Source: an uncultured Candidatus Saccharibacteria bacterium
GTDB lineage: Bacteria; Patescibacteriota; Minisyncoccia; Phycocordibacterales; UBA918
DNA length: 64,000 nt
NCBI GenBank assembly: GCA_964638425.1
Contig: CAZWYM010000006.1
Location: 3,054-67,053, forward strand
Reading direction: 5' to 3'
Position 1 is the stretch's first letter; every line of letters begins with the position of its first letter. The position numbers were made by a program, and so were the translations under genes. Below, in pieces: positions 9,871 through 19,158 of the stretch. Under the pieces are notes generated by a model. The model was not told the origin of the DNA, searched no databases, and saw nothing but the letters and a program-made list of their open reading frames with translations.

Positions 9871-9901
9871 AGTGTGTTGGAAGAATCTCTCCTAAAAGAG
9901 A

Positions 9902-10048
9902 CTACGCTCGCTTTGCTGTCTTTCTTTTTGCGGTCTTCTTAGCAACTTTCTTTTTTGCTGGAGCCTTCTTAGCAACTTTCTTTGCTACTTTCTTTTTTGC
10001 TGGAGCCTTCTTAGCAACTTTCTTTGCTACTTTCTTTTTTGCTGGCAT
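9902..10048 (-). CDS. 48-aa lysine/alanine-rich histone H1-like (Hc1/AlgP-type KKxA repeat) DNA-binding protein
   Basis: Hand translation gives MPAKKKVAKKVAKKAPAKKKVAKKVAKKAPAKKKVAKKTAKRKTAKRA*. Not in the ORF track (below its size cut-off). Sits in its own intergenic space with an AT-rich upstream region and a downstream terminator. Confidence 0.45.
   Translation of the reverse strand: MPAKKKVAKKVAKKAPAKKKVAKKVAKKAPAKKKVAKKTAKRKTAKRA
9931..10045. repeat. 42-bp tandem repeat (~2.6 copies), unit gctggagccttcttagcaactttctttgctactttctttttt
   Basis: Exact copies at 9957-9998 and 9999-10040, plus partial flanking copies; corresponds to the 14-aa AKKKVAKKVAKKAP protein repeat. Confidence 0.8.
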
Positions 10049-10263
10049 GATTTGAAATTGAAGTTTTACTCATTAACAATTCGACCGCATTATTCTCTTC
10101 TCAAAGAGCATTGTGCAAAGAGAACATCTGCTTAAGTACATTATCAGTGATAGAAAAAATTACACAAGAAAAAAATAAAAAAATATGTGGATAAATATTT
10201 TTAAAAAAATATTTTTTATTTTTTATTTTTAAAAATAATTTCTTGAAAAAAATTTTCAAGAAA

Positions 10264-11295
10264 TTATTTTAAAATAGTTACTTCTCTTTCGACGATGAGT
10301 CCTGTCTCCTCCATGACTCTATCAATTATTTTTTGAGAAAAGTTTTTTATATTTTCTGACGACGTTCCCTTCTCACACACAAGAACAAGTGCCTGCTCCT
10401 CAAAAAGACCAACTCCATCTTCTCGGTGACCCTTAAGGTGCAGTACCGAATCAAGCACCCAACCAAGCGGTATTTTGACCATACCCCCTGACACTGCATA
10501 CCCAGGGATGTCTGGATACTTCACTTGCAGTGATTCGTATTCGCTTTTTGGAATGATAGGATTTTTAAAAAATGACCCTGCTGTTCCTACTATGTTCCAG
10601 TCGGGAAATTTTTTACTTCGTATCGCCAAGACCGCAACACGCACTTCATCAATACTTGGTGTCGAATTCTCACGAAAATATATTTCCAAATCTTTATACG
10701 CTAACTTTCTTTGTGGTGTGTGCGTGACTACACACGTAACAGAAAGAATAATATATTTTTTTTCATCTTCATGTTTAAACAATGAATCACGATATCCAAA
10801 TCGACATGCTTCATTAGTGAGTTCATCAACGGTATCGGTTTCTGTGTTGTATACAGAAACACACACCACAACATCCTTTGCTTCAACTCCATATGCACCC
10901 ACATTCTGAATGGGTACTGCACCCATTGTACCGGGGATGCCTGATAGGTTTTCGAGTCCCCATAATTTTCTTTGTACAAGTTCGAGAACACATGTGTCGA
11001 GAGAGACTCCCGCTCCAATAGTTACGTGCACCGTGTCGCTATCAATTTCTGTATAGAGTATCTCCGTACATTGCACTCGAATGACAAGCCCTTTCACTCC
11101 CCCGTCTTCAACGAGAATGTTTGACCCGCCTCCAAGGATAGTAATGGGGTGGTGCTCCTTCTTAGCCCACATAACGACATCGCGAAGTTCAGCTTGTGTC
11201 TTTACGGTAACAAAAAATTCCGCCTTTCCCCCGGCACCAAGTGTGGTGTAGGGAGCGAGCGGAATATTTTGTGTGATTGCGTGTGGCATGTTCAT
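10264..11295 (-). CDS. murB: UDP-N-acetylenolpyruvoylglucosamine reductase
   Basis: APYTTLGAGGKAEFFV...ILGGGSNILV FAD-binding N-terminus and MurB C-terminal domain; 343 aa. Stop codon embedded in palindrome aataatttcttgaaaa/ttttcaagaaattatt (10237-10272). Confidence 0.85.
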   Translation of the reverse strand: MNMPHAITQNIPLAPYTTLGAGGKAEFFVTVKTQAELRDVVMWAKKEHHPITILGGGSNILVEDGGVKGLVIRVQCTEILYTEIDSDTVHVTIGAGVSLDTCVLELVQRKLWGLENLSGIPGTMGAVPIQNVGAYGVEAKDVVVCVSVYNTETDTVDELTNEACRFGYRDSLFKHEDEKKYIILSVTCVVTHTPQRKLAYKDLEIYFRENSTPSIDEVRVAVLAIRSKKFPDWNIVGTAGSFFKNPIIPKSEYESLQVKYPDIPGYAVSGGMVKIPLGWVLDSVLHLKGHREDGVGLFEEQALVLVCEKGTSSENIKNFSQKIIDRVMEETGLIVEREVTILK

Positions 11296-11318
11296 ACTCT
11301 GTAGTATGACACGTGTTC

Positions 11319-13565
11319 CTACTGACCAGTGACGTTTACGGGAACAGTTTTCCCGTTTATTTCTACGGTCGCTGGTGCATTGACCCCTTTTGTCTTTGAT
11401 TCAGCAACAATGCTCGCTATGAATTGGTCAGCTTGTTCTTTGAATGCTGGGATATCGGTACTTGCCTTTTTAAGAACTTCTATCGCCTTTGCCATATCTC
11501 CAGACTCGTTGAGTATGTATGCGAGATTGGTTCGTGCTTGCATATCGTCTGGCTTAGTCTCTACTTGCAGAGTAAACATTTCAATAAGAAGTGGGTACAT
11601 CTTTGCTTTATATGCTGCTTGGATTGCGTACTGATTTGCAGCAAAAGCTGATTTTTGCTCTGGTGTCTGAATAAGCTCATCAACAAGACCGAGTTGCCCG
11701 CTGTATATTGCAGACATTGCGTAGTACACACGAGAATCACTAAACTGTGGCCCAAGGTCATACGCCTCCTTGAAGAGTGCTGTCGCCTTATCGTATTCCT
11801 GTGTTTGGAGACGAGCGAGACCCTGCTCAAAAATGACGAGCTGTTTGTTTGGTGAAAGCGATCGAGCGATATCAAGTTGTGCAATTGCAGCCTCGGTATT
11901 ATTGGTAACCCGATAGAATGACGCAATAAACATGTGGATGCGTGCATCCCCTGGCTTTTCTTCAGCTTGCTTGAGGAGCTCTTCTTCAACGCGTTTGAAT
12001 GCTCCCTTCTTTACCTCCTCAGAAACTTCTGGTGCTTGAAGGATTGATTGCACTTTCTGTGTCATTTGTTCTCGAATTTCTTGGTTACCAAAAGAATTGT
12101 GTGCAAGAGCAGTATCAAACCACTGCAACATCACTTCTGGGTCCTTTGCTCGAAATGCTTCGATAATATCCTTTGATGCTTGAATTCCTGGAACATTCAC
12201 AAAATAGATAACAATGACAATGAGTACCGCGATAACTGGCGCAACGACTTGATCGACGATGCGTGAATCGATTTTGAATTTGGTGAAGAATGAAATTGGT
12301 GTCCCTACTCTCGAGTGAATATATGCGAGTATCGTACCGTAGAAAATATAACTGACGATATTGTCGAATACGAAGACGTTGTGGATGAGGTACCCCGTAA
12401 GGATACCGATGAGCACTCCTCGCTCAACAACGGTAAAGCTATCATCCCCCTTCTTAATGAGCGGGCGAAGGAACAGATAGTACATCGCAGAAAAGAAGAT
12501 TGCGAAATATGAGATGAGTCCAAGTGCTCCTCCAGCAATGAGCCAGTCCATCACAATATTGTGCACTCTATCGAACCACGCCTCACCCCCATGGAGTTCA
12601 GGTCGATAGTACTTGTTAAACACATAGTTGTAGTTACCCTGACCCCAGCCGAGAAGTGGGCGTTCCTTCACTCCCTCGAATGCCATACTCCAAATATTGA
12701 AGCGGTTACCTCCTTCCTTGAGTGAAATAGTTGAAATACGCTGGAGGTATGGGTTCCCCTGAATAAATGATGATTCCTTAAAGGTAATGAAGAGACCAAC
12801 AAGTACCATGATGCCAACGATTCCACCTACTGCTATTTTTCGTATCTTTGGTCGATCATTTGAGAAGAGCGCTACGTACGCAACCATCACAAACGAACCA
12901 ATGACAAACCCAAGTACCGTTCCACGAGTAGCAGTCTGAATAAGGAGATACGTAAAGAGGAGTGCGAGGATGCCGTAGGTGTACTTCATTCCGTTAGTCT
13001 TTGCCCGGAAGAGCATAAAGAATGTAATGAAAATAAGGAAGAGTGTATAGATAGCCATGTACGCTGAGTTCCCCAACGTTCCATCAAGACGTCCGCCTCC
13101 TTGGTTGATAACGATATTTCCAGAGAGCTGTGCAAATGCGTAGAGCGAGAGTATCAACGCGACACCAATGATAGTCTTGAAATATCTATCCCAAAGCACA
13201 GGTGTCTTGAGAACGCTTCCCACTACGAGCATGTAGAGGAATGTATGCACGAGGGTTACGTACCCTTCCATACGCTCGAAGTTGCTCCAAAAACTCTGTT
13301 CTGGGCTCTCCCCATTCCAGTTAGCAACGAACATAACGGCGAGAAAAGCGAGAAAACTTGCAACAATCCATGAAAATTTAGGACGGTACTCTACATCATA
13401 GAATGCGAGTGCAACCCATGCTGCAAAAATAATTTCTACGAGGATTCTAAACGTGAAGTTTTTTCCGGTAATAAATGGGAAAAACATCGTGTTAGAAATA
13501 ATAAGAACAACGAATGGAATGGCGAACATTCCAAGATATATGAGTCCACGTGCTAAATCTCGCAT
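11319..13565 (-). CDS. Polytopic membrane protein of the O-antigen ligase/Wzy_C family with C-terminal TPR repeats (possible PglL/PilO-like O-oligosaccharyltransferase or polymerase)
   Basis: ~10 TM helices with a large loop (GWGQGNYNYVF...), followed by a soluble C-terminal ~300 aa of TPR-like helices (AIAQLDIARSL..YDKATALFKEAYDLGP..). Confidence 0.6.
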   Translation of the reverse strand: MRDLARGLIYLGMFAIPFVVLIISNTMFFPFITGKNFTFRILVEIIFAAWVALAFYDVEYRPKFSWIVASFLAFLAVMFVANWNGESPEQSFWSNFERMEGYVTLVHTFLYMLVVGSVLKTPVLWDRYFKTIIGVALILSLYAFAQLSGNIVINQGGGRLDGTLGNSAYMAIYTLFLIFITFFMLFRAKTNGMKYTYGILALLFTYLLIQTATRGTVLGFVIGSFVMVAYVALFSNDRPKIRKIAVGGIVGIMVLVGLFITFKESSFIQGNPYLQRISTISLKEGGNRFNIWSMAFEGVKERPLLGWGQGNYNYVFNKYYRPELHGGEAWFDRVHNIVMDWLIAGGALGLISYFAIFFSAMYYLFLRPLIKKGDDSFTVVERGVLIGILTGYLIHNVFVFDNIVSYIFYGTILAYIHSRVGTPISFFTKFKIDSRIVDQVVAPVIAVLIVIVIYFVNVPGIQASKDIIEAFRAKDPEVMLQWFDTALAHNSFGNQEIREQMTQKVQSILQAPEVSEEVKKGAFKRVEEELLKQAEEKPGDARIHMFIASFYRVTNNTEAAIAQLDIARSLSPNKQLVIFEQGLARLQTQEYDKATALFKEAYDLGPQFSDSRVYYAMSAIYSGQLGLVDELIQTPEQKSAFAANQYAIQAAYKAKMYPLLIEMFTLQVETKPDDMQARTNLAYILNESGDMAKAIEVLKKASTDIPAFKEQADQFIASIVAESKTKGVNAPATVEINGKTVPVNVTGQ

Positions 13566-13726
13566 ATTTTATTTTTAAATTTCTTAAAGGTCGCCAATAC
13601 TATACCATAGTATATATATGGGTTTTGATGGACCCCGTACTGCAAAACTACCTCATGAATTGGTCAATACAGCACAAATTAAAAGACCCCATTCATGGCT
13701 AAAAGTGTCATGATATACTTACGCCT

Positions 13727-14449
13727 ATGTCAGACCAGGCACACAAACTCTCTATCATTATTCCTGCATATAATGAAGAAGAGACTATAGAAGCTATCCT
13801 TGAGAAAATCCGAAATGTCGATTTGTCTCACTTTTCCGTTACCAAGGAAATCATCATTGTGGACGATGGCTCGAAAGACACGACCGTCTCCCGAATTGAA
13901 TCTTTTAAAGAGAGGCACCTCGACACCCCTATAACACTTGTTCAAAAAAAGAACGGTGGAAAAGGTTCTGCGATTACCACCGCAATTCCCTACTGCACCG
14001 GTGATATCACCATCATTCAAGATGCGGATTTGGAATACGAACCACAAGATTATGGAGCACTCATCGAACCAATTCTTTCGGGTACGGTAGATGTGGTGTA
14101 CGGATCACGGCGAATCAACAAAACAAATGTCCAATATTCAGGACTCTCTTTCTACCTTGGTGGTATGGTACTTACCGTACTCGCAAACGTTCTCTATAAC
14201 ATTCGCCTTACCGATGAACCAACGTGTTACAAGGTATTCAAAACTTCACTCCTTAAAGACATTCCCCTTACCTGCACCCGATTTGAGTTCTGCCCGGAGG
14301 TAACCGCAAAAATTGCTAAGCGAAAAATAAAAATCCTTGAAGTGCCTATCTCCTACTATCCGCGTTCTGTAGCTGAAGGAAAGAAAATCAATTGGAAAGA
14401 CGGGGTAGAAGGTATTTGGACACTTATCAAATATCGTTTCATCAATTAG
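13727..14449 (+). CDS. GT2 polyprenyl-phosphate sugar synthase (GtrB/DPM1/ArnC-like)
   Basis: LSIIIPAYNEEETI...IIVDDGSKDTT...IIQDADLEYEP, GT-A DxD fold, 240 aa. Confidence 0.8.
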   Translation: MSDQAHKLSIIIPAYNEEETIEAILEKIRNVDLSHFSVTKEIIIVDDGSKDTTVSRIESFKERHLDTPITLVQKKNGGKGSAITTAIPYCTGDITIIQDADLEYEPQDYGALIEPILSGTVDVVYGSRRINKTNVQYSGLSFYLGGMVLTVLANVLYNIRLTDEPTCYKVFKTSLLKDIPLTCTRFEFCPEVTAKIAKRKIKILEVPISYYPRSVAEGKKINWKDGVEGIWTLIKYRFIN

Positions 14450-14453
14450 CACA

Positions 14454-14861
14454 ATGAGGGCATCAATAGAAAAAATCTTATCCTTTAGGCTTATCCGGTT
14501 TTTCATTTCCGGAGGATTGAGTGCCGTCATACATATTGGTACGGTATTTGTACTTACACATGTACTTTCAGTGTGGTATCTCTACGCAACCACCATAGGT
14601 TTCATTTCTGCGGTTGGTTTTAATTTTGTCATGCAGAAATTTTTCACGTTCCGTGACGGAGAGACTGATGGAGTACGTCGTCAGTTTCTTCTCTTTTTCA
14701 CCGTTGCAACGATAAACCTCGTCATTAATGGTGTACTCATGGTTTTCTTTGTAGAACAAGTATCACTCACCCCTGTCCCAGCACAGATAAGCACCTCGGT
14801 CATTATCGCGGTGTGGTCTTACATCGTCTACGGTAAGCTCTTTTCTACAAAAGGATTGTAA
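14454..14861 (+). CDS. GtrA family membrane protein
   Basis: 135 aa, 4 TM, FFISGGLSAVIHIGTVFVL...GFNFVMQKFFTFRD matches GtrA-like proteins; immediately follows the GT2. Confidence 0.75.
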   Translation: MRASIEKILSFRLIRFFISGGLSAVIHIGTVFVLTHVLSVWYLYATTIGFISAVGFNFVMQKFFTFRDGETDGVRRQFLLFFTVATINLVINGVLMVFFVEQVSLTPVPAQISTSVIIAVWSYIVYGKLFSTKGL

Positions 14862-15951
14862 AGAGTGACCCTTTCCCTGAAATAATAAAAAGTCCTACGG
14901 ATGCGAGTACCGGTAGCACATAGAGTGACACCTTTAATACGTTCGCCCATTTGCTACTGTATTGGGCGTGAAGCACTCGAACCCCGAGAAGTGCCATTGG
15001 TACAAAAAATAAAAACTGAATGAAGAGCACGCGCGAAATAAATATTTTCCACATGAGTACAGGAAGTGATGCAAGAAGGAGTGCAAAGGTGAGTGCGTAC
15101 GCGTGCTGTATCTGTACACGTTTTGTGAGAACAGCAACAAAGCCAACGAGTGCGTATACGAGGAGGATGCTGAATGCTGAAGCGAGTACAGGAATGAGCT
15201 GAAATACTTGATAGTGTGCTTCGCTAAATTCCCCATCGGTAACCTGTCCGTACCAATCGAGGAAGGTAGGAAATCCAGAATATGCAAGGTACCCAATGAG
15301 AAGGGCTTCAAGAATGAGTGCTGGCAGTGCGAGAAACGCAATAAATTTCATAGTCGCCTGTAGCGCTCGCTCCTTGTAGGTAAAAAGAATATACAACCCT
15401 CCAAAAATGAGACCAAAAACACCCGGCTCTTTAATCGTTCCACCAATGAAACCAATGAGCGACGCAAAGAAAATGCTTCTTCCTGAGTTCGTTCGTACTG
15501 CTCTTACGATAAGGTATGCGGTAAGAAGTGCAAAAAGCCAACTTCCTAAGTCGGTGCCAATCGCCAAACCGTATTTTAAGAGTGGGTAGCCTGTTGTAAT
15601 CCAAAGCGCACCCCACGTCGCCTCTTCTTCAGAAAAGTGAATTTCACGAAGAAATGCAAAGGCAACAAACGGGAGCGCTACGAGAAAAATGAGATTGAGA
15701 AGTTGCAGTGCCTCTACTGGTGTAATAAACGGCACGAGGAGACTCCCCCACACTCCAGTAAAGGGTTTAAATGCACGTAGTGCAACATCGCGAGGGATAG
15801 GCGAAAGTTCCCCCGCTTCAAACTGCGTAATTTGTGACACGTACATGTCTCCATCAATGCGCATACTAAATGGTTCAATGACAATGAAACTTAGAAATGC
15901 GACACAGGTTGCAACAAGAATGAAAAGATACGGTCGAAGTGAAGTTGTCAT
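14845..15951 (-). CDS. Polytopic membrane protein, unassigned family (candidate GT-C-type glycosyltransferase/GtrC-like)
   Basis: 368 aa, ~10 predicted TM helices, no recognisable soluble domain. Context next to GtrA/GtrB-like genes. Confidence 0.35.
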   Translation of the reverse strand: MTTSLRPYLFILVATCVAFLSFIVIEPFSMRIDGDMYVSQITQFEAGELSPIPRDVALRAFKPFTGVWGSLLVPFITPVEALQLLNLIFLVALPFVAFAFLREIHFSEEEATWGALWITTGYPLLKYGLAIGTDLGSWLFALLTAYLIVRAVRTNSGRSIFFASLIGFIGGTIKEPGVFGLIFGGLYILFTYKERALQATMKFIAFLALPALILEALLIGYLAYSGFPTFLDWYGQVTDGEFSEAHYQVFQLIPVLASAFSILLVYALVGFVAVLTKRVQIQHAYALTFALLLASLPVLMWKIFISRVLFIQFLFFVPMALLGVRVLHAQYSSKWANVLKVSLYVLPVLASVGLFIISGKGSLFTILL

Positions 15952-15984
15952 ACAAAGTGATGCGCGCGAGGAATTTCCTATACC

Positions 15985-16713
15985 CTACTCATGCGTAGGT
16001 GCAGAATTATTCTTCCCACAAACTGCGTAGATATTTTTTCCAAACCAATGGCGGAGGATGGGGTCGGCGATACGATTGCATGGGAAAACGACGCGGTCAA
16101 AAAACCATATCTTTCCCTTTGTCACCTGATCTGGTTTTGCTTTGAGGAATTTAAATACGTACGCTGCGAGAAACCCGAGAGTGTCATAGTATCGTATCTT
16201 CTCAATTGTATAACCGCTATCAATCAAAACTTTTTGTAAATCGGGAATATGGTACCGTCGAAAATGTCCGAGCATTGCATCAAAGTCTGAGTACAACACC
16301 TGAAACGCAGGGACATAGACAAAGAGTTTTCCTGTTGGTTTTAACTTCTTTTGAAGCTTCGTCATGACGCCCACATGATCTTCAATGTGTTCGAGTACGT
16401 TGAGACTGTAAATGAGGTCACACGATTCATCGGGAACATCATCGAGATTTTCAAATACCGTAAAGCCATCCGCGCGTAAATGAGCACATTCGTCTTTGTC
16501 GATTTCTACACAGAGTGGGTTGTAGCCTCGGTCACGAAGAATTTTTGAAAAGGTACCCACTCCTGCACCGAAGTCGAGAATACTACTTTCTTTAGTTGCT
16601 CCGGTGCGCAGGAGGAGCTCGGTGAGCGCGCGGTTATAATTGACCGCTTCGTTCATATTCTCGAGTGCCTTTGTACCACTATACGAAAATACCTCTGTCT
16701 CTGGGCTACTCAT
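15985..16713 (-). CDS. Class I SAM-dependent methyltransferase
   Basis: ILDFGAGVGTF (motif I), LNVLEHIED, LKPTGKLFVYVP. Confidence 0.7.
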   Translation of the reverse strand: MSSPETEVFSYSGTKALENMNEAVNYNRALTELLLRTGATKESSILDFGAGVGTFSKILRDRGYNPLCVEIDKDECAHLRADGFTVFENLDDVPDESCDLIYSLNVLEHIEDHVGVMTKLQKKLKPTGKLFVYVPAFQVLYSDFDAMLGHFRRYHIPDLQKVLIDSGYTIEKIRYYDTLGFLAAYVFKFLKAKPDQVTKGKIWFFDRVVFPCNRIADPILRHWFGKNIYAVCGKNNSAPTHE

Positions 16714-16747
16714 ATTGATGTATTAAGAATGTTATAGATGCGGACAA

Positions 16748-18397
16748 TTATTTGCGGGTCAAAACACCTCGCTCGTAGAGGTATTCTACAATATCATTAA
16801 CGAGCCCTTCAGGGGTATTCTCTTCAGTACGTGCAATAAGTTCTGGGTTCTCGGGTACTTCGTATGGGTCACTAATACCAGTAAATCCTTTGATGAGTCC
16901 TTGTCTCGCTTTTGCATAGAGACCCTTCGTGTCACGTCGTTCACACTCTTCGAGTGAGGTGTCGACGTACACTTCAATAAATTCACCATAATGCTCTATC
17001 CTACTTCGTACGGCTCTTCGCGCTTCTTTATATGGCGCAATGAGTGAACAAATAACAATTCCCCCATGCTTCACCACCTCACTCGCCACGAAGCCAACGC
17101 GACGCACGTTTTCATCTCTATCTTCTTTTGAAAATCCAAGACCCTTTGAGAGATGGTCTCGTATCACGTCACCGTCGAGGAATGTCACTTCTCTATCTTG
17201 TAGTTCTTGGAGACGTGCGAGAAGGAGTTGTGCGAGTGTCGACTTGCCTGAGCATGAGAGACCGGTGAAGAAAATAGTGAGTCCAGGACGAGTATCCTTC
17301 TTCATACTTTCACGGAGAATATCAATACTCTCTTTAAATGAAAACCAGTGCGGTATTTCTTCACCCTCACGGAGCTTTCTTCGAAACTCCGTACCTGAGA
17401 TGTTTTCGATTTCATCTTCTGGGGTAACTTCGCTTGTCGCCACATACTCCTCGCGCGTCTTTGAATATGCGAGTTCATCAGACGGCACAATCGTCATCCC
17501 AATTTCATCTGCATGTTCGAGGACCAAATCGCGTGCCTCGTATGGGCCATAAAAATCCTTACCATCACTTCCCTTACCTGGGCCAGCATGGTCACGTCCG
17601 ACAATAAAATGTGTACATCCATAATTCTTACGAATGATAGCGTGCCAGAGTGCTTCACGCGGACCTGCCATACGCATTGCGAGCGGAAGGAGCGAGAGAT
17701 AGGTAAAATCTTTTCCGTAGGTATTGCATACCACGTTATAGGTGCGTACGCGTGTGACGTAATCAATGTCCCCAGGTCGCGTCATTCCCACAACAGGGTG
17801 AATGAGGACAGGCGCCCCCGTCTTCTCATGCGCGCGCTTCACGAGCTCGAAGTGTGCTCGGTGCATAGGGTTACGTGTCTGAAAACCAACGACAGTGTCC
17901 CAACCCTTCTCCTTAAAGAGAGCCTTTAATTCTGCTGGTGTCTTTCTAAATTGCTTAAAGTCATTTCGTTCAGGAAGCGCGATTTTTTCGAGAGTCCCTC
18001 CGAGATACACATCATGCATTTCGTCCATGACATACTGCACACCAGGGTGCATTCGGTCGTTTGTTCCGTACACACCGAGCACCTCCTTCTCTTTGTCTGG
18101 AGTAAAACGCGACGTGATACTCATGACTGCGAGCGGATTTCCAAATGAATCACAGAGGAGAACCTTATCACCCACCTGATATACACTACTTGAAGGAACA
18201 TCGAGAACAATCGGTATCGGGAAGAGCTGTCCATCAGCGAGACGCATAGATGCGACAACAGCATTGTAGTCTGCCTCGTCCATGAAGCCGGTAACTGGAT
18301 TGAAACCACCCACAAGCATCACCTCGAGGTCATGGAGCTTTCTTCCGGTGAGATTAAGGCGTGGTAGATGCGTTGTATCGGTGAGTTCGGTATTCAT
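16748..18397 (-). CDS. Bifunctional sulfate adenylyltransferase / adenylylsulfate kinase (PAPS synthase, Sat-CysC fusion)
   Basis: N-terminal ATP-sulfurylase blocks (GFQTRNPMHRAHFEL, HPVVGMTRPGDIDY, GRDHAGPG) and C-terminal APS-kinase P-loop (IFFTGLSCSGKSTLA ... GFTGISDPYE); 549 aa. Confidence 0.85.
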   Translation of the reverse strand: MNTELTDTTHLPRLNLTGRKLHDLEVMLVGGFNPVTGFMDEADYNAVVASMRLADGQLFPIPIVLDVPSSSVYQVGDKVLLCDSFGNPLAVMSITSRFTPDKEKEVLGVYGTNDRMHPGVQYVMDEMHDVYLGGTLEKIALPERNDFKQFRKTPAELKALFKEKGWDTVVGFQTRNPMHRAHFELVKRAHEKTGAPVLIHPVVGMTRPGDIDYVTRVRTYNVVCNTYGKDFTYLSLLPLAMRMAGPREALWHAIIRKNYGCTHFIVGRDHAGPGKGSDGKDFYGPYEARDLVLEHADEIGMTIVPSDELAYSKTREEYVATSEVTPEDEIENISGTEFRRKLREGEEIPHWFSFKESIDILRESMKKDTRPGLTIFFTGLSCSGKSTLAQLLLARLQELQDREVTFLDGDVIRDHLSKGLGFSKEDRDENVRRVGFVASEVVKHGGIVICSLIAPYKEARRAVRSRIEHYGEFIEVYVDTSLEECERRDTKGLYAKARQGLIKGFTGISDPYEVPENPELIARTEENTPEGLVNDIVEYLYERGVLTRK

Positions 18398-18399
18398 AT

Positions 18400-19110
18400 T
18401 TATGTATTCAAAAATATCTTTTTAATTTTTTCAAGCTCGTATGATTCATCTGTTTCGGATATTTTCTCAATATCCTCCTCAGCAGAAAATCCCGTCTGCA
18501 CTTCGAGCACTTCGAGAGGCTCTCCTTCGGGAGCTTTGAGCGTGTGCCATACACCCGGCAAATTAACGCGCACTTCGCCCGTTGGCATAAAGAAGAACTC
18601 GCTTCGGTCGTTGTGTCGCTGTAAGGAGAGCGACTTCCCCGGCTCAACGTGAATCATTTTCACCTTGAGTTTATGCATGTCGAGGATGACGTCGTACCAA
18701 CCCCACCTCGTCATCACCCGTTGCTTCGCATTTAAGGCTGAGCTTGAAGAGTATTTTCCTCCCCCAAGCTCGAAGACTGGTTCAATTCCCAATTCTTCAC
18801 AGACTGATAACTCTGGAGTATTTGTCTTTCCTCTATCACCGCCATTACCGAAGTAATCTGGTTTGATGCGACGGAGCGCTTCGCAGACCGTACCATCTGC
18901 ATCATCGACCGCATGAACATGTGGCGTGTATGCTTCAAGTATTTTCTTTCTATCGGTCCATGGCTGGAAGAAAAAACCCTTCTTACGAATGAGCCAATCA
19001 TCGCTGTTTACCACAACGTGCACTTCTCCGTACTTGGCCGCCTCTTCAATCATGGCTATATGGCCTGGATGAATGGGGTCGAATCCTCCTGATATGACAA
19101 TTCGTTTCAT
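18400..19110 (-). CDS. Fusion protein: cytidylyltransferase-like HIGH-motif nucleotidyltransferase (HldE domain II/TagD-like) + type II phosphomannose-isomerase (ManC C-terminal-type) cupin
   Basis: N-terminus VISGGFDPIHPGH...NGGDRGKTNTPE. C-terminus TRWGWYDVILDMHKLKVKMIHVEPGKSLSLQRHNDRSEFFFMPTGEVRV...LEVLEVQTGFSAEEDI aligns with the ManC/XanB PMI cupin block (RPWGSYEVL..YKVKRITVKPG..LSLQ.H.HR.EHW..V.G......IEVQ.G.YL.EDDI). Confidence 0.6.
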   Translation of the reverse strand: MKRIVISGGFDPIHPGHIAMIEEAAKYGEVHVVVNSDDWLIRKKGFFFQPWTDRKKILEAYTPHVHAVDDADGTVCEALRRIKPDYFGNGGDRGKTNTPELSVCEELGIEPVFELGGGKYSSSSALNAKQRVMTRWGWYDVILDMHKLKVKMIHVEPGKSLSLQRHNDRSEFFFMPTGEVRVNLPGVWHTLKAPEGEPLEVLEVQTGFSAEEDIEKISETDESYELEKIKKIFLNT

Positions 19111-19158
19111 AGTGTATGCGCATTATAACCTAAAGCATCCTAAAAGGTTACAAACTAC

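Noticed and set aside
9931-10045. Possible CRISPR array (regular direct repeats)
   Set aside because: Repeats are contiguous with no intervening unique spacers and translate into a KKxA protein repeat; this is a tandem repeat, not CRISPR.
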